Assembly (NCBI GenBank): GCA_010405405.1
Contig: MU004234.1
Coordinates: forward strand, 478,993 to 542,992
DNA length: 64,000 bases
Direction of reading: 5' to 3'
Source: Microthyrium microscopicum
Lineage: Eukaryota
This document shows, piece after piece, positions 49,183 through 60,869 of the stretch. Position numbers and translations under genes: made by a program. The notes below the pieces were generated by a model that did no database searches, was not told where the DNA came from, and was given only the letters and a program-made list of their open reading frames with translations. How positions within the stretch are numbered: the stretch's first letter is position 1; each line of letters begins with the position of its first letter.

Positions 49183-51484
49183 CTACACTATTGTGATGAT
49201 TTGTTGGCCCTCTGCCTCATTTTCTGGACTAATAATCCCCGGCCTTGGACTTACCTCTACTACTCCAATCCGCTCATACCGATCACCATCTATAACTCTC
49301 AAAGCTAAACCCTCACAGAACCAGCTCGGCTCGGTCTCATCTTCTCTTAAAGGTAAGACGTTACACGAGCAGGAAATCATAACGAGACAGAAGATTCCAT
49401 CGGTTGATTCTGGATCTAGACTTGGGCAGTCCAATTTTACATTATCCCACTTGGACCCATCTGAAAGAATTGTAAGCTCGAGTTAACTCTGATTGTTGGC
49501 AATGAAAACCAGGTAAGACTCACTAATAAGCTTTCCGCGTATTCTCAGCACTGCACGCTCAAGCTGTCCGGACCCATTGGCGACAACATCTATTGCTTCG
49601 ACTGTAGCATTACGGCGCAAATTTGCACACCGCTCATGATGCCGCATGTTGCTTGGATGCATTGCCACATTCGTACTCGCCCAGCTCCATGACGGCGCCC
49701 GCCAATGGCTAGGATAGAGCGATGTATATGTTTCCTTTTCTTCGTACCCCAAATGTCTTCGCCAGCAGAGTTCCTGGATCAGTCTTTTCTGCCAGAGACC
49801 CCCTACAAGTTCATCGCCAATGGCTCGAGATATAACCTTTCCAATGCCGTGAATAGCCACAAGTTTATCATCATCTTTGGATAAGCCGCATCGGGAGTAG
49901 CCACGTACAAAGACCTGCCACCAGAAGTATACTCTATCCGCCCAGCCGTCTTCACGGCCGGCCTGGAAAAATACGCGCTTCAGCTGATGGCTGTCGAAGT
50001 ACCATATAGGTCGTCCTGTGATAGGAATTTCATCTGGGAATACTTCGCTAGCCGTGTTCTTGGGGCATTCCCAAAAGACCTGCGAGTCAGAGAAATGAAG
50101 AACTCTTGTGGACAGAAAACGCTCTTGCATCACCCAGGCGCGCCTATTCAAGGGCGCATGCTCGACGTCTCTCTCCCACTGATCTCGAGGGTAGACCATA
50201 AGCGTTCCTTGGGGACTTGACAAGACTCGGCCATCCCATCCGATTTGCAACTCCAGTTCAGGTGTAGTGTAAAAAGGACACTCCACAACAGTGTCACGTT
50301 CGAAGAAGAGACCAATAGATCCATCGCGAGCTCCTGTAGCAGCAATATTGCAAATCGCATTGGAATATACGTCGCACATGACGCCCGCTTCATCCTCCCA
50401 GTCCTGAAGATTGTCCTGAAGTATACACAGGGAATCAATCCATATGTGCGAGGCTCCAAACTCCCCGACGACATATATGGCGTCGCGGAATGTCTTTGGA
50501 AGAGAGTTGACAGATATACCAGCTTTCAGAGCTTCTTCGCTCTCTTTCGTCAACCTCATTGGCGTAGTACCACCCCAGCAATGGCTCAACGTCATGTAAG
50601 GCTGCGGCGTGAGATCTTCTCTTGACCGAAGGTAAACTGCTTGATCATGCTGTTCTCCTTCCCCGATCTCCAGGATGCGACTCGGCATCCATCCATTTGC
50701 AGAGAGAATTCGTTGTTGGCATGCCCTGTGAGTCTCCTCACATGCCTTGTATTTCGATTTCAGGAAGTCTATGGAGGTACCAGATCTTGTACTGGTTGAC
50801 AGTTCAGGTAATGAATACGGTTGTTTTTCTTCAACTGCTAACAATTACAAGCGTCAGAAATCAGCTTTTCAGAATAGGGCCCAGTGTAACACTACAAGAT
50901 AAGCGCCAGCTCGCAAGATTGGAGCGTTCATTCAACAAGCTGATAGATATCAACCTTTGTAGAGCGAACCATTTTGTGCTTCGCATGTCGTTGATGGTTA
51001 CTACTGGTTTTGAGCTGGGGATTGCAACCTACGAGCTGACTGTTTCCTGCTTAGAACTTCCAGTGATGTCTGAAAATTCTACAGTTGTTCTGCATGAGAG
51101 GCAAAAAAAAATGAAATAATGCTAACCTTTAGTTTCAAGGACCGCTAGCGATATAGGCTCGATACGACTATCAGAGTATTTCAGCTCCAGTCTTAACTCC
51201 AAGTCCTCTATGGGCATTTTACCGCTAGCATGAAAGGCATAGGACGCTTGAATAAGCTCTAAGCCCCCGTCGTCTTTGGATACTTTTGCGACAAGCTTTT
51301 TGTGCCGTGACCAAACGAGTAAACAAAGTCTACATGTTCTCGGTTTGATGATTTCCACGACTGGCGATTCGAACAGCAACTCCTTGGTTCCGGACTCTTT
51401 AGTTCCTTGAAATACTTTCGAGCATCTTTCACAGAGTGAGTTGTAACCCTCTGTCGGTTGATTTTTACTATTTGGTTCGGCCAT
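49183..51484 (-). CDS. HET-domain protein, about 649 aa (HET2)
   Basis: Introns 50838-51126 and 49461-49523 keep frame. LCERC/CRLC N-terminus, CEETHRAC, PSRIL, YMTLSHCWG, LPKTFRDA, IWIDSLCILQD...WEDEAGVMCDVYSNA, PLNRRAWVMQERFLS, DKLVAIHGI, APSWSWAS, YERIG. Confidence 0.92.
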
Positions 51485-52489
51485 GATGTTTAATAGGAGT
51501 TTCTGGTTATTTGTCGAGGCGATGGGTTCTACAATTATGTCAGCAAACTTCAAGACAACCTCATTCTATTTGAATCCCACATCATTGAGCGCTTACTTTA
51601 CTTCGTATTGTATCAGATATACACGCCACTGCTGGAGAAGTTCATATGCTGGTGGGCAGCGTTCATCACTTCAGTATATCGGTCAATGTTCTCGCGAAAC
51701 TCGAGGTCCCAAGATTCCATTCACAAGGTGCCCAAGGTGATACCGAGATGCCAACTACGTCTCACAGAGGCCCACTTATGTAGTTGTCAACGCGGGGCTC
51801 AGCTGCTTAGTTTATGAGGCGAAGTAGCCTAAGACCACTCAGCCTGCCAGCACGATCTGGGCAGCCATGTGTAACAGACAGATGCCAGGACCATGCAATT
51901 GAAGAATGGGCCTAAACCTTCTGATTCGATTGGGCTATCATGTTTGTCCTGATTTGAGGTTGCTCCGAAGTTCAAGAATTGTTTGAGCTTTTGACGTCAA
52001 TGTAAATTGCTACAGCTGGTTTATGTAATCTCAAGAATACAATAAACAATGGCATTTACTTCAACAGTCGTGAACCACTTTCGTAGAGAATAGCCCTCTG
52101 TCATTCTGGACCAGAATGCTGATCCTGGAGCATATTAACGGCTACGGAGCAACCATCTATCCTGCTGGGGCTTGAAATTCCCCACCAAGCTTTCATAGTC
52201 GGAGCTCGTTTTGGTCGCCCATAGCATCCTATCATGAGTGGCAGTTGTATCCTTGCTTTCTGCGTATTGGTGTTAGTTGAAACCAGCAAAGCGGTCGGAC
52301 TTGCAAATTGCTGAGCACACTCGGAATTGATCTAGTTACACAAGAGCAACACAGTAACAGCCTTGTAAACGGGTTTGTAAGCCAATTCCTATGTTTCCCC
52401 GTGGACGTTGCACCATTGGCGTGTGGTAATGCAACTGATATAAAAGACAGCTATAGTACAATTGAATTTCCATATCATACTACAGAAAA

Positions 52490-53548
52490 ATGGCAAACAC
52501 TTCGAACGGAATCAAAATCATCTATGGGGCTGGTGGTGTTTGCAGCGCTTTCGTCACCGTTCCAGAGGGAGTCGACTTCCATGACTATTCCAAAAAGGTC
52601 TTCGAAACTTTGAAAAAGGATGGAATCACAACTCTGGATACCGCTGAGTTTTATCCTGGCAGTGAAGAAGAGATCGGACTTCACGGTGGGGCCAACGACT
52701 TTACCGTCGATACAAAACTCCCCGGCGGATTGGCTCCACCTAGGAAGAAAGATGAAATCATCGCTGGTGGATTGGCCAGTCTTGCAAAGCTGAAAACCAA
52801 ACAGGTAAATTCAAATCCATATGGCCGATATCTATCGTTATGTCTGTCTTTGTTTATAGTACTTACTAATGAGAACAAGGTCGACGTCTTGTACTTCCAT
52901 AAGCCAGAGACTACTGTTCCATTTGAAGAACAGCTTGAAGCCACCAACGAGCTATACAAGCAAGGCGCTTTCAAACGACTTGGTATTTCCAACTACACAG
53001 CCGAACAGGTTCAGCAGGTTTATGACATCTCCAAGAAGAATGGCTATCCACTACCCACTGTCTACCAAGGCAACTATTCTGCTGTGGCTCGACTGTCGGA
53101 AACAACACTCCTGCCTACGCTCCGAAAGCTGGGCATTGCATATTATGCCTATAGTCCCATCGCTGGAGGTTTCCTCGCCAAAACTCGCCAGCAAGTCAAA
53201 GAAAGAGCTGGAAGATTTGACCCAGCGAGTCCATTGGGCGACATGTGGAAGAATGTCTATGACAAGCCGTCCTTTTTGGATGTTCTGGACAAATGGGGAA
53301 TCATTGCCGATGACGCTGGTGTTAAGAAAGCAGAGCTGGCATATAGATGGGTGATCCATCACTCGGCGTTGGAGGGTCAGCATGGAGATGGTGTTATTTT
53401 TGGAGCTAACAGTCAGACTCAGCTCGAGGAGACGGTCAAGTACGTTCGAGCTGGCCCACTGTCGAAAGATATAGCGGATAGAATCAGGGGATTGTGGGAC
53501 AGTATCAAGCATGAAGTTACACTCGATGGTTACAATTCGTCCGAGTAA
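52490..53548 (+). CDS. Aldo-keto reductase (AKR7-like), second copy
   Basis: LDTAEFY, VDTK, VDVLYFH, LGISNY, VYQGNYS, YSPIAGGFL, LAYRWVIHHS; 75-nt in-frame intron 52805-52879. Confidence 0.9.
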   Translation: MANTSNGIKIIYGAGGVCSAFVTVPEGVDFHDYSKKVFETLKKDGITTLDTAEFYPGSEEEIGLHGGANDFTVDTKLPGGLAPPRKKDEIIAGGLASLAKLKTKQVNSNPYGRYLSLCLSLFIVLTNENKVDVLYFHKPETTVPFEEQLEATNELYKQGAFKRLGISNYTAEQVQQVYDISKKNGYPLPTVYQGNYSAVARLSETTLLPTLRKLGIAYYAYSPIAGGFLAKTRQQVKERAGRFDPASPLGDMWKNVYDKPSFLDVLDKWGIIADDAGVKKAELAYRWVIHHSALEGQHGDGVIFGANSQTQLEETVKYVRAGPLSKDIADRIRGLWDSIKHEVTLDGYNSSE

Positions 53549-53699
53549 AAGAAGATGAAGGAACTCAATGCATTATGACCACGCTTCAGACTATCAATTT
53601 AAACTTGTCTCAAAGGGGTGCCAACAAAACTTTGAGGAGAAACAAACTATATTGCTGCATACTCTAGCTCTGAACACTGCAATGAATGCTGGATTTCCA

Positions 53700-55226
53700 T
53701 CAAGAGTTCATGACTACATCAAGAGTCTGGTCATCACTGTGCCACCATTTATTCAATCGTTTCAATCCACGCCGTTGCAAGCCCGCATCCCGATTGCGAT
53801 ACACGGAGTCAATTTTCCGCAAATCCTCCTTCGGGCCTTTCAACCAGCGAATCTCATCACTGTGAAAGTCGTTCAGATCCATGCCCGGGTAATGCCCGAA
53901 GACGTTGGAATCAAGTCGCTCTTTGATCCTGGGTTTTATTCGCTTCATGGCCAAGACTGCCTTGACCTCGTCATGCCCGAGATGGCTCGTTTTGTGTATC
54001 GTTGACCTGGCCAGGGCACACAAAGAATTTGAATTGAGAACACCACGAAGCATGATCTTGTTCAGTGACTGAAAGCTGAGCGCCGAATATGATAAGTCTA
54101 GTAAACGCAGATTTGGTGTGGCTAGAATGAAGTCCGTGATGGCGTCGGCGGCTGTGTCGTCAATCCAATTGAAGTGAGCTTTGAGGTCCTCGGTCGCATA
54201 TGCTTGCCCAACGTCCAGGGCCATAAGATTGGGATGGCCAGCGAGCGATTTAAAGAGTATCTCAGCTCCAGCACCTGTCATTCCTACAGACCCTAACATC
54301 AAACGCTGCAGAGTGGTATTTCTGTTGAGTGCTTCTGTGAGCAATATTACACCAGCATCTCCAAGAGGATTCATTGAAAGATACAATGACTCAAGTTGGC
54401 AACGAGGTGAATGTAGGAAGCGATTGATAGACTTTGCTGCCTTGGGACCCACACCGCCGGCATTCAAGTAGAGATGGCGCAAAGTGATCGGTGTTGCAGA
54501 ATCGCCGCCACACAAAATATCGAAGAGGCTTGCGACACCCTCATCTCCAATCTGAGTCTGATCCAAATCCAGCGTTCGTAGCGTCTTTGAGTTTTGAATG
54601 AGCATAGCAACATTCTGAGCTGAGTCTGGGCCGAGTGGATTTCGTTTGAGCCAGACATTGGTTGCGGATGACTTGGCCCAGCTGGAAGCCATCAGTCCGA
54701 AACCAACTGCATCGATACAATTTCCAGCCAAGTACCAAGTATCCATACGTTCCGGGTAGTCCTGCAGAAATTTCGATATCCGTCGGCAACCTGCTGGACC
54801 AATGATATTGTTGCCTAGCAAGAAGTGCTCGATGAACTCGTTTGACTCCAGGCTGTCCAGAAGTCCATCGATATTGGTCGGGCCCAGGACCATTTTACAC
54901 AAATCGACTCGTCGATCTCGATATATGACTCCTTTTTCAAACTCGATATATGGGGTATGATGATATGGCTCCTCATCGAGGGAAAACTTCTGATCTTCTC
55001 CTGGAAGTGGTAGAAAGGTTCCATTCTTCCGGATATGATCGAAGCAGGGGATCAGCGACTCTGGTGTTGCAATCTTAACGGGCATAGGCAAAGCGCTGGC
55101 TCCTTTTAATTCCAGTGATGTCGCTTTCTGGTGCCATGGTCCTTGTGCTTTGACTCGGGTGATCATGTTGTTTTTCGCACTGATAATTTCATCTTCTGGC
55201 TGGGAGTTGGTTTGGAGTATTGCCAT
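53700..55226 (-). CDS. Leucine-rich repeat (RNI-like) protein, intronless, 508 aa
   Basis: About 28-aa repeats: FLLGNNIIG, WYLAGNCID, VWLKRNPLG, LRTLDLDQTQIGDEG, LRHLYLNAGGVG, LESLYLSMNPLGDAG, LQRLMLGSVGMT, LRLLDLSY. Confidence 0.9.
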   Translation of the reverse strand: MAILQTNSQPEDEIISAKNNMITRVKAQGPWHQKATSLELKGASALPMPVKIATPESLIPCFDHIRKNGTFLPLPGEDQKFSLDEEPYHHTPYIEFEKGVIYRDRRVDLCKMVLGPTNIDGLLDSLESNEFIEHFLLGNNIIGPAGCRRISKFLQDYPERMDTWYLAGNCIDAVGFGLMASSWAKSSATNVWLKRNPLGPDSAQNVAMLIQNSKTLRTLDLDQTQIGDEGVASLFDILCGGDSATPITLRHLYLNAGGVGPKAAKSINRFLHSPRCQLESLYLSMNPLGDAGVILLTEALNRNTTLQRLMLGSVGMTGAGAEILFKSLAGHPNLMALDVGQAYATEDLKAHFNWIDDTAADAITDFILATPNLRLLDLSYSALSFQSLNKIMLRGVLNSNSLCALARSTIHKTSHLGHDEVKAVLAMKRIKPRIKERLDSNVFGHYPGMDLNDFHSDEIRWLKGPKEDLRKIDSVYRNRDAGLQRRGLKRLNKWWHSDDQTLDVVMNS

Positions 55227-55902
55227 TATGATGATTGTGTTTCTCTTTGAGGCTCGAAGGTTGAGAAAATAAGAGAAAGATTGATTGAAGAAAATGCAGA
55301 GATGTCAGGAGCGAAGAGCCTTCTAAGTAAGAGGAGATGACTCAATCTTGACTTTTTGATACCAAGGTTCTCCAAGGAATCAGTACCAGAGTTGGTTGAA
55401 CAAGTGGGGGCTGATTCGTGACTTTCCGGTGAGTGATAATTGACATGTACCTTCTCATAGGGCGGGCGCTAAGGGAAAGTAGAAACGTTGCGGTGAAGAA
55501 GGAACGAATCGCGGTATACTACTATCACAATATTGAAAACTTGAAATGGTAACAATCAGGAGCTTTACCAGAAATTGAATACCCTGTAATTACTTTCTCA
55601 GGTTATCGCCTTTAGGCTTATGAACTAGAACCAGGAAAGCCAACTTTCAAGCTTCCCAATGATAGGCATTCGACCAATCATATTTTTGTATGGTGCAGAG
55701 ATGGGCTCAAGATATCTGTTATGACTGTTAACAAATACATCAAAAGTCATGATCTAGAGCGATTAGGTTATGGCAGTTGAATTCATAGGGAACAGCCATG
55801 GAGTTTTTTGGAATCAACTAGGGATTCAATCCGAATTCCTATCTCGATGCCTACCTCCTAGGCAGACAGCTTGAGGGATCACAGGGAGACTTGTACAATT
55901 AC

Positions 55903-57473
55903 TCACTGTTTATGAGCAAGTTGCGTAATGAGATCTGCTGCAAGACGTCTACCCCCAGATTTTTGGCACAATTTCCCAATGGCTTCTGCCTTGTCACGCA
56001 AAATATCATTGCCCATGGCTGTCAAGAGCGCCTTTCCAAACTCCTCCGCATCAACCATTGGTGCTACAGTCTTGTTGCCATAGACACCTATCCCCAAATA
56101 CTCAGTTTTGCTGGCATAGTCATACGTATCATACCACTGCGCCAGAACAACCTGTGGAACGCCCGTCCTGTTTCATGAATTATGTCAGTTCCGGCATCTC
56201 ACCAAAAGCACAACAGGAAAGTTTACCAAGTAGCCTCAAACCAGGAATTCGCGCCTCCATGATGTACCGCAATATCGATACAACCACTCTGGAGGATGGC
56301 CAGGGGATCGCTTTCTAACCAATTCACGACCCTCACCTTGTCTTCTCCAATCTCAGCACCCAAAAACGCTTCTATCTCTTCGCTGGCTCTAGAGTTTTTG
56401 GCAGCTCTAAACTTCCATAAAATCTGGACGTCAGGTCTTGCATTGAGAAGTATGCGCAGTCCCATGGCTTGGCCACGTGCCTGGTCGGCGTTACCTTCCT
56501 GGTGTGTTCCCAGATTTACCAATACCGTCGGTCCTCTCTGCAACCAGGCCAGCAGCTTAGGATTACTTTGCGAGAGCGGATGTTCTGGAAGGATGATAGG
56601 TCCAACAAAGTGCGCGTTAGTGGGGATATTTACTGGTAGATCTATCTCTGGCAACGACGGACATATATGCAGTACGTCCCTAACATATGCTTCAAATGTT
56701 GGGAGCTGACTGTTGATCCCGTGTGCGCTTCTCGCAGTCATAAGAGCCTTGATATTGGGGGCCGGAAATAGTAGCATCGAAATGCCGTTGCAGACGCAGT
56801 AGATATTCTCAAGAAGTTTGGACCAGGGTAGCGGGTATGGAAAGCCTGTCGCAACGCTGTTCAATCATACCATGGTTAGAGCTGTGACAAGTGAGATGGG
56901 ACAAATTTTCACTTGCCAGGGATACTTCCAGATACCGGCAAGCCATTGTTCTGCGGGAATCAACCCTGATGCGAGGCTGCATGGACTTAGGATAGTGTAT
57001 TTCCAACTTGTTGTTCTACACATGTCATGGGCAGAAGATAGCAATGGATCGACGACTATCACGGCGGGTTGCAATGCAGTAGCCAATGCTTTAAACCAGT
57101 CGACCATGCTAATATGTTCTTCCTGATTCCAAGGAGCCAACATCTGTGGCGCCAGTTCCTTTAATCGCGTGGTGCCAGCATAGCCAGGTTTGTGCGGAAG
57201 GGTGTCTCGTCCTTGGTTGAAGTTTTTCTGAATCGCATCAAACATATCAAGGCCAGGTATAGTGTGAAAGGTGATATTGCTGGTTCCATTTACTTTACCC
57301 GATTCTGAAAGTCGACCGCTTAGATCCAGGACCCGGGTCTCCAACGCTGCCCATGATGCTACGTGGACATCAAACTCGCCTTTTCTCAGAAGCTCATAGA
57401 TAACCGCTAGTACTACATTCGACTGGCCGAATTCGCAGTTGGTTAAGAAGAGGACGCTTTGGCCGCTGGACAT
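55903..57473 (-). CDS. UDP-glycosyltransferase (GT1 family), about 483 aa
   Basis: VLFLTNCEFGQSNVVLA, KYPC|VATGFPYPLPW, VGPI, VNLGTH, QILWK, PSPG-like WLESDPLAILQSG...VHHGGANSWFEATWTGVPQVVLAQWYD; introns 56857-56916 (GC-AG) and 56168-56226. Confidence 0.9.
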
Positions 57474-58713
57474 CGAGAAGGAGCAGAGTCGTTTTAGTTT
57501 GACAGTGTGGTGATAAATATGTGGTACATAAAGAGAAAGGCAAAGGATGTGCTTTATATTAAGTGGTGCTAGTAGCAAAGATAAGAACAACATGGGGCAG
57601 GATCCAAGATAGTTTTACTGTGTCCCTGCATGAAAAGCAACCACAAAATGATCTATTCAGCCAGCAGAAGTGCGATAGATCGACATGCATGAACTAAAGC
57701 CAGCCTTCCTGTAAGTCAGGTCCGTCTGCACAACCACATTTCAGGGTCGTCGAAATCTAAATAAGCACTGGAGTAAGTACGCAGCGCGGGTACTCAATTC
57801 CGAAACAATAAGTCAAAGTCATCCAGCTACAGCATAACTTATCGATTGCTGAATTTCAAGGCTGGCAGCCAGATTGGTCTTTTTGGCATCCTTGGATGGC
57901 CTCATAGCCTACAGAATAGCACTACTGCGTGCAAGAAATTCTACTCCTTGCGACATGGATACTACACTTATTGTAAGAGCCAATACGTTGAAGCGATGAA
58001 TTCTAAGATAGTTGTGCTTTGTAGGCTAAGACCAAACTGAATGCTCAGGTTCTGCATTTTCCTTTGCTCTACTTACGGAGCGTGTCAGCTCTTCTCGTAA
58101 TCTGATAATAACAAATCCCAAGCGAACATGCCACAATCAAAGAGCTAATGAAGAAGGAGTGCAATTGGATGGAATCCCAAAGTGTCATCAATCACTGGAA
58201 AGGCTCAGTGATCAGAAGTGGCAGATTGCTTGTAGCAAATTTCGCATCCGGGCTCTATTGATACTATGAAAGCAGCGTTTGCTTACTTTTGCTCTATTCG
58301 ACGCAAAGAGAGAATCCAAGCTCTGTAATGCGGTTAGTTCCAAGTTCTTTTCGTTAACTTTCATGTATCTGACAGTATTCTGAGTGTCGGATGGGGCGGC
58401 CACATCGCACCTTCAGAGGCCTCGCCTGTTCAAGGTCACTGGTTCATAATTCTTTTCACTTTTGAACTTACTTTTCATTATATATCTGTGTATCCTCGGC
58501 CATCAATCTTCTTCCTTTAAATCCTCGAAAACTCGCAGAACCCCACCCACAAAAGTCGTTGTTTAAACATCCGGCACAACTACAGCTCATCTCGAACATT
58601 TCTTCGCGCTTAGAAACATCGCCTCCATTACCGTCTTCCCCGACTAATTTCACGCAGCAAAAGAAGTCTTTAGTATAATTGAGTACGCCGTGCCATGAAC
58701 TTCAAGTTCATCA

Positions 58714-59420
58714 ATGCGGAAACACCTTGCGGTACATGACGCACAAGACCTACATCAACCCGCTTCGCCAAAATACTATCTCAGTCCAGGTCCACTCCGT
58801 CACCTACTTGCCTTACCAGACGAGATGCTTCTTATGATATATGAGGAGCTTCCTGCGGTCTCACAATGTATACTCTCCGTTACCTGTAAGCAGTCAAAGA
58901 ATTTTCGTTCAGAGCTTTGAGAGCCACATCTGGATAGTCCTTAGAATTTCAGATTGTTCATCAGGATATGTTTGAAATGTTCATGTGTGATCGCATCGAT
59001 GACCTTGCCTGTAGGGGATTGCAAACAACTTGTAGGCAGTATAATAGACGTCAAATTAAAGCGATGATTGCTCAATGGTCTTTAGTTTGATAGGCACATT
59101 AAACATATTGGTCGTTTGAGCAATCAAGTCTCTCATAATACTCACAGAAGGATGTTGGCATATATAACATCACTTACCTCTGGAACCAAGTTCTTGAACA
59201 TAATTCGCAACCACCGAGGAACTGAAACAAGGTTTCAACAGAAGATTTCCTCGTATTGATACAAGTCATATCCTCTCCCAACCAGTTGTATCATATCCCA
59301 GCCACCCTCAGGGTTTACATGACTTAATTCGTGTCTTGTAAGGAAAAGATGTATATTCAAATCAAAAGCAATGAGAGGCTTACGTCGCGTTACCGCAAAG
59401 CTACAACTGAATAATATCAA
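58714..59420 (+). pseudogene. Degenerate F-box paralog (3' end approximate)
   Basis: RHLLALPDEMLLMIYEELPAVSQCILSVTCKQ aligns with the 59940 gene, then TGA at 58918-20, further stops and frameshifts; remnant QIVHQDMFEMFMC in another frame. Confidence 0.65.
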
Positions 59421-59540
59421 TTCAATTGCTTTTAAACCCTTAGTCTCGATGCAGAAAACAGCCCTTACTTAACGTAAATTCAATGGCCAACTTGGCTTCA
59501 GCAATGGGAGCAAGCGTTTCAGTGTGGCTTTCTTCCTTAG

Positions 59541-59566
59541 ATATATATATATATATATATATATAT
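59541..59566. repeat. (AT)13 microsatellite
   Basis: Direct read of 26 alternating A/T bases. Confidence 0.95.
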
Positions 59567-59939
59567 GTACCTTCGACGATCCTAGCACTTTACTCTCTAC
59601 CTGAACGGGTTCGTATCTGACGTGCTTTGAGGTGCTTTTGTGACGGCCAAAACTGTACCTCTAATTAGATCTTTCACTTGTAAGACTTCACTGGTGAATA
59701 CCTGTAACATCTTCCTCGCTGATTTGTTCAGAATTTACATTTTCTCTCTTATTTTCAACCTTCCCTCCATCCCAAATTTTCAAGCAATCACAAAGTCACC
59801 CAAACAAAATCCTCCCGCTTGAAGATTCACCGCAAAACCCATCGAGCCTCGATAGTTCTTTGCATCCAATTTCAACGCGGAAACCCATTACCTTGCAACT
59901 GTTTCCACCCGTTCTCTGAGCTCTATAAGCCCTTTCATT

Positions 59940-60869
59940 ATGCCTTGTCTCAAGACTCAGTTGTATCGATGCGGAACGCACCAGCTCGAAAGAGCGCCAC
60001 GCCCAAATCGATTTAATCACCGACAATACCAGCCCAGTCAAAGTCCAGCCCGACATCTGCTTGCCATGCCCAACGAGATCCTCCTCATGATATGCAAAGA
60101 GATCCCTGTCGCCGCTCGATGCTCACTATCTCTCACCTGCAAGCAAATGATGAACACACTATCGGAGGAGTATTGGTGGGCTCTTGATCTGAGCGATGTC
60201 AAGAAGACGGAATTCTTGAATCTTTTACGCAAAGATCAGCCAGACATGCATTACTGCCACACATGCATGATCATGCGCGATGCATTTGATCATGACGATT
60301 ATGAAGACGACGATGACCCGGTTTGGTCAATTACTCTGGACAACTTCTACCACATCTCCAGCGCACTTATTTATTATGGCCCTGGAGATTGTTCACATTA
60401 CTATAGATGCAGCACTATACTCCCTTTCAATCGCGGGGATACTCGCGTCTGGGTAACAGCCTCTTATATGCTTCACAACAAAGCGACGCCATATCTTACA
60501 CGAAAGTATCGGTTGCCAATATCAACAGAACACCCAAAACTTGATTCACTGAGCGAGAACCTCGTTGTTTCCGTGGACTGCGAACTCAATGTTCAACTCT
60601 GTCAGCACAGCACACTCAAGTGTCTTACGGAGAGCTGTGACCATGACCCCGAGTTCTCGATTGAAATCGACGTGTCCTGGGAAGGCCCGGTTTGGAAGGA
60701 ATTACCAGTTTCGATATGGGGCCAAAATTCGATTCCAAAACAACTCGTCTTGCAGTCTGGATCTCAATACTACACATGCTTGCTATGCTGGGCAGCTGCA
60801 AAGATCGGCCCATTGAACAAGGGAGAAGTCTCGCACGTCAACTGCGAAATGTATCTGCCGTTCACCTAG
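59940..60869 (+). CDS. F-box protein with Cys-containing C-terminal region, 309 aa, intronless
   Basis: RHLLAMPNEILLMICKEIPVAARCSLSLTCKQM (F-box), FLNLLRKDQPDMHYCHTC. Confidence 0.8.
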   Translation: MPCLKTQLYRCGTHQLERAPRPNRFNHRQYQPSQSPARHLLAMPNEILLMICKEIPVAARCSLSLTCKQMMNTLSEEYWWALDLSDVKKTEFLNLLRKDQPDMHYCHTCMIMRDAFDHDDYEDDDDPVWSITLDNFYHISSALIYYGPGDCSHYYRCSTILPFNRGDTRVWVTASYMLHNKATPYLTRKYRLPISTEHPKLDSLSENLVVSVDCELNVQLCQHSTLKCLTESCDHDPEFSIEIDVSWEGPVWKELPVSIWGQNSIPKQLVLQSGSQYYTCLLCWAAAKIGPLNKGEVSHVNCEMYLPFT

